Shown in pieces: positions 57,927 through 64,000 of a stretch of 64,000 nucleotides of DNA. This stretch comes from a virus. Taxonomy: Duplodnaviria; Heunggongvirae; Uroviricota; Caudoviricetes. The notes under the pieces were generated by a model that was not told the DNA's origin, made no database searches, and saw nothing but the letters and a program-made list of their open reading frames with translations. The stretch's first letter is position 1. Every line of letters starts with the position of its first letter. The position numbers and the translations under genes were made by a program. The stretch is from the IMG/VR virus record IMGVR_UViG_3300037424_000495, positions 1 through 64,000 of that record. One strand, given 5' to 3'.

Positions 57927-58853
57927 ATGATGACACACCAATTGATTAACGCCGACTGTCTCGAATACCTGCAAGAATCCAATGATACTTGGGCTACTAT
58001 CGTCGCAGACCCACCTGATAATATCGGGTTGCGTTATAATCAATACAAAGACAAACTACCCGACGATGATTATATTGCACAACTTGATGAATGGCTGTCA
58101 CTCTTCATCAAACGTGCCTCAACAGTCTGGTTTTCATTTAACGCTCGCTGGACGATTCCAATGGGCGATATCGTGTCGTGCATTCAAAACGCCAACCCGA
58201 CATTAGAAGTCAAGCCCTGCGTGCAGACATTCACATTCGGGCAGCATTGTCACTCCGACCTTGGCAACAACCACCGACCACTTTGGCGCTTACAATGGCC
58301 GAATGCTTCATTGTTCCCTGACGCCATACGTGTGCCCTCTTGGCGGCAAGAAAATGGGGATAAGCGGGCTGATCCACGGGGAAGAGTGCCGGGGGACGTA
58401 GCCTCATTTGAACAATATGAACCTGCTGTACTAAGTCTCCGCATTGAAGATGTCATTCGCATTGTTCAGTCTAAAGATACGAATGCGGCACTCACTAAGC
58501 GATACGGTGTTTCAGACGCCGCTATAGATTGCATCCGCAACGGTCAACTCGCGCTAAGCGACTTATTTGATTACCCCCGTGTAACCGGAAATAGCAAACA
58601 ACGTCGCAATTGGCACCCGACACAGTTAAATGAGGGACTTGTCGAGCGATGTATCAAACTCACAACACCAGCTACCAGCACGGTTCTCGACCCATTCGGC
58701 GGCACTGGAACCACACTTAGAGTGTGTAAACGTCTTGGAATTCCCTGTTCCTTGATTGAATTGGACCCTAGTTATTGTGCCAAGATCGCAGAAGAGCATT
58801 GCATGGTGCAAACCGATGCCATCACTTGGAAGTTAAGCCATGGCGAAGGATGA
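57927..58853 (+). CDS. DNA methyltransferase-like protein (beta-class order) with atypical DPPD in place of DPPY
   Basis: IVADPPDNIG (motif IV position) then C-terminal VLDPFGGTGTTLRVCKRLGIPCSLIEL (motif I). Confidence 0.55.
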   Translation: MMTHQLINADCLEYLQESNDTWATIVADPPDNIGLRYNQYKDKLPDDDYIAQLDEWLSLFIKRASTVWFSFNARWTIPMGDIVSCIQNANPTLEVKPCVQTFTFGQHCHSDLGNNHRPLWRLQWPNASLFPDAIRVPSWRQENGDKRADPRGRVPGDVASFEQYEPAVLSLRIEDVIRIVQSKDTNAALTKRYGVSDAAIDCIRNGQLALSDLFDYPRVTGNSKQRRNWHPTQLNEGLVERCIKLTTPATSTVLDPFGGTGTTLRVCKRLGIPCSLIELDPSYCAKIAEEHCMVQTDAITWKLSHGEG

Positions 58854-58930
58854 AATCTACCGGCGAATTGAAAGCGCAACAAAACTGGTCCAAAGCTGGC
58901 CAGCTTGGAAACAAAATATCTTAATTCAAA

Positions 58931-59311
58931 GTGCGCAGCCGACCGTTAAAATACCGCGAATCCCTGTGGACAATAAACAAGAAAACGATTGATCCCGCTA
59001 TGCAATGTACACGTTGTGACGGTACGGGCTTTCTCAACCTGGAACAGGTTGATGGCGACATTCTCGCTAAATTCACAGAAACAGGCGACCATCAAATTAT
59101 TCTCGATTGGATCGACGAAATGGCCATCAAAGCCATGCGAGCGGGTGGAAGTTGCACATGCTCGATCCATCCTCAGTGGGTGCCTTGTTCCTACTGCGAA
59201 GTCCTGCACGATGTTCAAATCTGCAATTGCTGCAGCGACGGTGAAACATGGTATGGCACACCGGGTGAACATGATTGGAACAATTCTAACGATCCTAAAG
59301 GCTGCCGCTAA
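58931..59311 (+). CDS. Cys-rich zinc-binding hypothetical protein
   Basis: CTRCDGTG ... CSIHPQWVPCSYCEVLHDVQICNCCSDG. Confidence 0.4.
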   Translation: MRSRPLKYRESLWTINKKTIDPAMQCTRCDGTGFLNLEQVDGDILAKFTETGDHQIILDWIDEMAIKAMRAGGSCTCSIHPQWVPCSYCEVLHDVQICNCCSDGETWYGTPGEHDWNNSNDPKGCR

Positions 59312-60105
59312 TGCTCACTATTAAAATTGAACTCCATTCAGCCGTGACAGGTGAGGTTAAAACCGTTGCAACCGGCAAATCGTCAATACCGGCACCGGTA
59401 CACATGCCCAAGGGAACTACGTAATCGTTCTCCGTGATGCCGCCGGCCGCGAATGGAAACGTGGCACCGTGGAAAAATTTCCACGAACGCGCCTTCTTGC
59501 GTGGGATTTGCTGTATCGGGCACTAGCTTGCATGGTCGGAAGTCGAAATCCAACTCCAAAACTTCCATGCCGCGTTGATTCAACTTTAGGAGAGGAGAGC
59601 AACACCCTTAACACACCGTGAGGTCGAATCATGTACGCACAACTACCGTGTTTAAAAGAGATTTTGAAACGTAATGACATTCATCCAAAGTTCCACGATG
59701 AATTTCGCGCTCTTGTGGAAGACGGCATTCGCCCCGGCAAGGAACTACGAACCCGTCTTGATTGTGTCACCAACTATAAAGCCGCCTTGGATGAAGCACT
59801 GGTGGAATTGTCCAAGGGGCTTGACGATCAATTTCCACCGTCTGCTTTCGAGTCTTTGGATTTCGAGTCTTTGGATTTAGAGGAATTCACCCAATGAACA
59901 AACCTGTCGATTTTCTCGGGCATGAAATTACCCCCGGCTGTCTTTGCGTCTATCCGTGGCGACGTGGCAGTAGTATGGGAATGAACAAATTGAATGTGAC
60001 ACAAGTCACCGACTCCTATATCACCGGCTACAGCCCCACGGGCCGGCTTATAAAAGTCTCCAACCTGAAAAATGTTGTGGTAGTCCCTTCGGAGACTATC
60101 TAACT

Positions 60106-60312
60106 ATGCCGAATTACGATCTGCAATGCAGCGCGTGTGGTACATACTCCGAAGAATTCCAGGCAATGAATTTGCCTCAGCCCACGCGCTGCGAGAAATG
60201 TGGGAAGAAAAAAGTACGCAGGGTAATTTTAAAACCCGTCGCAACCTACAATTCTTACTCGCCAATGCACCCGCGTAAGAAACGTGGTACGGGTATCGGA
60301 CGTAAGAATTAG
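60106..60312 (+). CDS. FmdB-family zinc-ribbon protein
   Basis: MPNYDLQCSACGTYSEEF...RCEKCG. Confidence 0.5.
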   Translation: MPNYDLQCSACGTYSEEFQAMNLPQPTRCEKCGKKKVRRVILKPVATYNSYSPMHPRKKRGTGIGRKN

Positions 60313-60326
60313 CGGAGTAGGAATCG

Positions 60327-61106
60327 ATGGAATTCACGCGAAAAAAGAAACGTGGTCAAAACCGTCGAGTCCAAAGAATGTGGCTCTCCGTCGAAGGCTA
60401 CAGAATTGTTTGGCGCAAGGAGGTCTGCGGTATACCAGTCCCCGCCCGCTTTCAGGCTACTGTTCGCATCATGCTTCCTGAAAGCAAGCAAATGTGGGAC
60501 TTCACAGAGCGCCGTCTTTTCAAGACACTCGCAAAAGCGCAGGAATCCTGCGAACGTCATCACCGACTTTGGCTGCAAGCATGTGACGCTACAGGCGTGC
60601 GAAGTTTATTAAAAATCTTCGGCAAACTGCCCTTTGGAATTCCACTTTGGGTGCGAAAGAAACTTAACCGCACAGTTTATGAAATCCTTTCACAACCGCG
60701 TAGTGCCAAATACCTGGAGGAAGAGGAAAGGGAAGAGGAAGAAAACAAATGCTTGAGCGACCATACAAAAACCTTGAAGACTTCCGTCGAAAGCATTTCT
60801 TCTGGCGTCCCAACGCTGCAAACGACCCAATCAAATGGCCTTGTCTGCTCTGCAACAGCCGAGGATGGGATTACGATCCCGACGACCCGCCGGACCCCAT
60901 CGAAGGCAACAAAATGCGAAGACACCTCGCATGTCCCGCCTGTGAAAAAAGTGGGTGCGGTCCCCGTGAAGCGGTCGTCAAAGCGTACCGTGAAGCAATC
61001 ACGGCGTGGAAAAGAAGAAAAGACGAACACAACCAACTTGTCAAAATCCGCAAAACGGCCCTTAAAAAGCTCTCGAAAGAAGAAATCACCGCCCTCCGCT
61101 TGCTAG
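60327..61106 (+). CDS. hypothetical protein with low-complexity Lys/Ser-rich C-terminus (true end uncertain)
   Basis: Track ORF; the second half overlaps a better-looking ORF in another frame. Confidence 0.3.
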   Translation: MEFTRKKKRGQNRRVQRMWLSVEGYRIVWRKEVCGIPVPARFQATVRIMLPESKQMWDFTERRLFKTLAKAQESCERHHRLWLQACDATGVRSLLKIFGKLPFGIPLWVRKKLNRTVYEILSQPRSAKYLEEEEREEEENKCLSDHTKTLKTSVESISSGVPTLQTTQSNGLVCSATAEDGITIPTTRRTPSKATKCEDTSHVPPVKKVGAVPVKRSSKRTVKQSRRGKEEKTNTTNLSKSAKRPLKSSRKKKSPPSAC

Positions 61107-61114
61107 GAGTCTGA
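60749..61114 (+). CDS. zinc-finger hypothetical protein
   Basis: GGAAGAGGAAGAAAAC RBS then ATG; CLLCNS...CPACEKSGC. Confidence 0.45.
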   Translation: MLERPYKNLEDFRRKHFFWRPNAANDPIKWPCLLCNSRGWDYDPDDPPDPIEGNKMRRHLACPACEKSGCGPREAVVKAYREAITAWKRRKDEHNQLVKIRKTALKKLSKEEITALRLLGV

Positions 61115-61456
61115 TGTGCGAACGTGTTACTACGAAATAAAGGTTCAAGACTCCGACAACTTATTCATTGGCGGCAATGACACAACACAACTGTTGCAGC
61201 GCGATCGAACTTATTATCTGGCGACCAATCTCGGGATTGTTTTAAAAATCGCATTCCGAAATGAAACATGGCGTATTAAGCAAGTGGCCGGACCACCTGC
61301 TCGCCGCGATAAAGCACCGGACGGTGGTTGGTCAGACTGTGTTTACCACCCAGATAAAGTAACTGCCTATGTATTCGGTGTCGGGCATGGATACACCAAA
61401 CCCGATATTGCTATACGCACGATCCCTGGTTATCTCGTCCCTAGAATATAACAATC

Positions 61457-61987
61457 ATGTCTGAATTCTGCCCACGTTGTGCGTCACCGCTTGAAACGAC
61501 TTCAGATCCTAGCCGTCTATGTGATGTCTGCGGTTGGTTCGGCGACGCAATTGAAGCACTCGATAAGCCTCCCAAACCTGATGCCGTCAACCCTGTCTTA
61601 GCGGCCGCTCAATGTCTTGAACTATACCGTGAAGTATGTCGTAAAGAACTAATTGCAGAAATGATTTACGACGCCGGCAACGCCACGGAAGCCGAATTAC
61701 GCCATATTCACAACACCCGCCGAAACGCCGTCAATTCAATAATTGAACTCTTTGCTGCGTTTCAAAAACCTTCTACCCTGCCAAACCCGCCAAAGTACCG
61801 CATTCCGCGAGCATCTAACGGCCTCGTTCCTTGGCCAAATGAGTGGGCTGACCGCCACTTCAACGCCTGCAAGGAACCATGTGACATGCTGATCGGGCCA
61901 TGCGCCTGTGGTGCATGGCACACTGAGTCTGAACCTTGGGTCCAAGCTTTGTTGACAAAATACAACGCAGAAATTGTTGATGAATAA
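61457..61987 (+). CDS. hypothetical protein with N-terminal zinc ribbon
   Basis: CPRCASP...CDVCGW. Confidence 0.4.
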   Translation: MSEFCPRCASPLETTSDPSRLCDVCGWFGDAIEALDKPPKPDAVNPVLAAAQCLELYREVCRKELIAEMIYDAGNATEAELRHIHNTRRNAVNSIIELFAAFQKPSTLPNPPKYRIPRASNGLVPWPNEWADRHFNACKEPCDMLIGPCACGAWHTESEPWVQALLTKYNAEIVDE

Positions 61988-62045
61988 CTCCAATTTCTCC
62001 GTAGCCTGTTGATTCAACTGTAGAAGCAAAAGACACCAAAGATTC

Positions 62046-62981
62046 ATGAAGGTTCTACGAATGCGAAGAAAATTGTGCCCACACTGTGAAGAATTGCTTA
62101 AAACCGATGGTTGCGGTAACGCATCTTGCAACGGTTGTGGTTGGTCTGGCGACTTGCGTGACGGTTTAAAAGAGCCGAGTCTGCCAGCAGCACCTAAAAT
62201 GCCGTATGTCAGTATTGACATCGAAACGACTGGCTTAGACCCAGATACTTGCCAGATACTTGAATTCGGAGCCATTATTGATGACTGGAAGACTCCTATC
62301 AACAAGTTGCCTGTCTTCCGGCGTGTACTACTTTATGAAAAAGTGTCTGGCAGCCCGTTTGCAATGGCGTTAAATGCTAGTTTGCTCAAATTTATTGCAA
62401 ATGCACCAAACTCACTGCAATTACAATGTCTGGAAGGTGCAGTTTCAACATGGCTTGATCAATGTAGCAAACAAGATAAGCAACATGGCCAACAGATTAC
62501 TGCACTGCTACGTTCCCGTTTTCCGGACGCTAGAATACTTTGGTGGACGATCCCTGACAGACTGTTCGCAATTGAATCAATTGCGCAATATCCAAACATT
62601 CTCCGATTAGCGGCGAATCCGCCTGGAATAAGCTGTTCTTGCAAACCTGAACTCTTAGGCCCTCTATTCCAAAAGTGGCTTATAGCACATGGTTTGAATC
62701 CGTATGACGTGCAAGTGGCAGGTAAGAATTTTGCCGGTTTTGACGCACAGTTTCTTTGGAAACATCCAAATTTCAAATGTGTCAAATTTCGGCACCGTGT
62801 AATCGATCCGGCAATCCTCTATTGGCGACCGCTCGAAGACGACCGCTTACCGGACAGCAAAACTTGTTCACAACGATCAGGTGGAGACGGCCACGTTGCT
62901 CACACAGCCGTGGACGATGCCCTAGCAGTTGTGTGGCAAGTACGCAAAGGAGTCAAGCGCGTCATCGAATTGGGATTTTAA
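62046..62981 (+). CDS. DnaQ/RNase T-like DEDDh 3'-5' exonuclease with N-terminal zinc ribbon
   Basis: CPHCEELL...CNGCGW; Exo I SIDIETTGLD; Exo III HTAVDDALAV. Confidence 0.7.
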   Translation: MKVLRMRRKLCPHCEELLKTDGCGNASCNGCGWSGDLRDGLKEPSLPAAPKMPYVSIDIETTGLDPDTCQILEFGAIIDDWKTPINKLPVFRRVLLYEKVSGSPFAMALNASLLKFIANAPNSLQLQCLEGAVSTWLDQCSKQDKQHGQQITALLRSRFPDARILWWTIPDRLFAIESIAQYPNILRLAANPPGISCSCKPELLGPLFQKWLIAHGLNPYDVQVAGKNFAGFDAQFLWKHPNFKCVKFRHRVIDPAILYWRPLEDDRLPDSKTCSQRSGGDGHVAHTAVDDALAVVWQVRKGVKRVIELGF

Positions 62982-63017
62982 ATTATCAACAATGAAAGGT
63001 TTGAAAGGTACGAATCA

Positions 63018-63329
63018 ATGAGCCAACTTTATGTACAAGCGATCCAACAACTTTTAGGCAATACTCGCTCAACTGACTTTACCACGTTAGTGAGTCAACT
63101 CAATGAATTGCGTAACACTTTGAAGAACAAAACCACAACATTGATGCAAGCCACCACCACCCCGGAAATGGTGATTAAATATGCACCTCGGCTTCAAGAA
63201 CTTGCAGATGAAGACGCCACAGTCCTTACAGTCCTGAACGAGCTAAGCAAACTTATCGATGCGACAGCCGAAAGAAGCTCCCGCATTTTGAAGAAGCTTA
63301 CCAAGAAACTCCCTAAGTCGAATACTTAA
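63018..63329 (+). CDS. hypothetical protein
   Basis: ORF in track. Confidence 0.4.
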   Translation: MSQLYVQAIQQLLGNTRSTDFTTLVSQLNELRNTLKNKTTTLMQATTTPEMVIKYAPRLQELADEDATVLTVLNELSKLIDATAERSSRILKKLTKKLPKSNT

Positions 63330-63406
63330 ATATGCGGCGGGCCGAAGAGAATGGGTTATCTGGTTAAGGTTTACCCCACTCTCACTAACTTGCCCGCCCA
63401 TTTATG

Positions 63407-63530
63407 AACACTGTAGCTCAGTTGGTAGAGCGCTAAAACCGCTTGCCACCACTAGCCTGAAAGGGCCGAATGGTTAAGCGTTATCCATTTCTAACGGAGA
63501 GGTCGCAGGTTCAAGTCCTGCCAGTGTTCA
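63407..63530 (+). ncRNA. tRNA-like RNA 1 (Y-RNA-like tRNA mimic candidate) with ~50-nt insertion in place of a normal anticodon arm
   Basis: 7-bp acceptor-like stem AACACTG/CAGTGTT; D-arm TAGCTCAGTTGGTAGAGC; T-arm GCAGGTTCAAGTCCTGC; ~67 nt between D- and T-arms where a tRNA has ~22. Confidence 0.55.
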
Positions 63531-63535
63531 CTATG

Positions 63536-63666
63536 TACGTCGTAGCTCAGTCTGGTAGAGCAAAAGTTAGTATGCCGCTGTCCGCTCTTTTACCCGGCAA
63601 CGGGTCGATAGGCCAGCGTTATCATTGGGAACTTTAGGTCGCAGGTTCAAATCCTGCCGACGTGCC
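63536..63666 (+). ncRNA. tRNA-like RNA 2 (Y-RNA-like tRNA mimic candidate) with ~56-nt structured insertion in the anticodon loop
   Basis: Acceptor-like stem TACGTCG/CGACGTG; D-arm TAGCTCAGTCTGGTAGAGC; anticodon-stem-like AAAGT/ACTTT enclosing a 63-nt loop with a CCCG-GCAA-CGGG hairpin; T-arm GCAGGTTCAAATCCTGC. Confidence 0.55.
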
Positions 63667-63701
63667 TTAATTTTGGGTCGAATTTTAACCCGGAGACTAC
63701 T

Positions 63702-64000
63702 ATGAATTACGCCCAGCATGTTTCATCCCGCGTTACACCGCAATCAGAGCCGATCCCTGGAAAGCCCCAAGTGGCAAACAACGGTGGCGGCTACAGTTTC
63801 ACTCTTGATTGCTGGGGCCAACTTCAACGCTTCTTAATCCTTGGCTCTGAAGGCGGCACATATTATGTGTCCGAACATAAGCTAACTATCGATAACGCCA
63901 ACTGCGTATTGGCGTGCGGCAATGCTGACTCGACCCGTGCTGTTGAGTTGATTGTATCTGTGAGTCAAGCTGGTCGAGCGCCGAAGAATGACCCTGCCAT
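63702..64000 (+). CDS. rsr: Ro60/TROVE-domain protein (Rsr-like), 3'-truncated by the window end
   Basis: [34 protein letters not shown]...[12 protein letters not shown] closely parallels the Ro60 N-terminus ([22 protein letters not shown]...EGRAAKQEPTLFALA, recalled from memory). Confidence 0.8.
   Translation, partial: [99 protein letters not shown]

Noticed and set aside
63334-63400. GCGGGC ... GCCCGC long-range inverted repeat after gene 63018-63329, as a terminator
   Set aside because: The arms are ~50 nt apart with no U-tract, so it is not a convincing intrinsic terminator. It may simply be the 5' leader of the tRNA-like RNA.
63407-63666. Interpreting the two RNAs as ordinary tRNAs with archaeal-type (BHB) or group I introns
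   Set aside because: Inserts of ~50-60 nt are far too small for group I introns. I could not build a canonical bulge-helix-bulge motif, and the element-1 insert is not bounded by a recognisable anticodon stem. Adjacency to Ro60 makes a Y-RNA-like role more parsimonious. An intron-containing tRNA-Pro(UGG) reading of element 2 remains a minority possibility.
1-64000. CRISPR arrays, rRNA genes, integrase/att sites, transposases
   Set aside because: No regularly spaced direct repeats, no rRNA-like conserved blocks, and no tyrosine/serine recombinase or transposase motifs recognised in any frame.

Overview
This window reads as a contiguous stretch of a tailed dsDNA phage or prophage genome, about 50% GC, transcribed almost entirely on the + strand. 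It opens with a tail morphogenesis module (1 to ~14.2 kb): two small proteins, a 1250-aa tape measure protein, two tandem paralogous fibre-like proteins, a 746-aa protein made of ~20-aa repeats, a 1004-aa tail-tip protein, a terminator and an SPFH/band-7 protein. A short minus-strand replication block follows (~14.8-19.7 kb): a DEDDh exonuclease, a dATP/dGTP diphosphohydrolase-like protein and a prim-pol/SF3 primase-helicase. It is separated from a ParB-like gene by a divergent intergenic region carrying a perfect 19-bp inverted repeat. The rest is a long + strand early/accessory region. It is dense in DNA methyltransferases (two N6/N4-type, one C5-type, one SAM-dependent), nucleases (two HNH, VRR-NUC, PD-(D/E)xK-like, two DnaQ-like), a zinc-finger-decorated family A DNA polymerase, a DNA ligase, a sigma factor, a small alarmone hydrolase, two metallophosphoesterases, secreted or lipoprotein peptidases, and a nucleotide-metabolism cluster (radical SAM, DeoC-like aldolase, NDT-like, P-loop kinase). 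The most unusual features are these: (1) two tandem tRNA-like RNAs with ~50-60-nt insertions in the anticodon region, lying directly upstream of a Ro60/TROVE (rsr-like) gene and proposed as Y-RNA-like tRNA mimics; (2) an RNA ligase with an N-terminal tRNA-binding domain, split by a mini-intein at motif I and by a -1 frame change at a G_AAA_AAG slippery site; (3) a complete HNH endonuclease gene nested in an alternate frame inside the N6-MTase ORF, carrying an in-frame TGA; (4) a C5-cytosine MTase whose conserved motifs are spread over three frames, with a (CA)8 microsatellite at one frame junction. Coordinates were read by hand, so starts and ends may be off by 1-3 nt.
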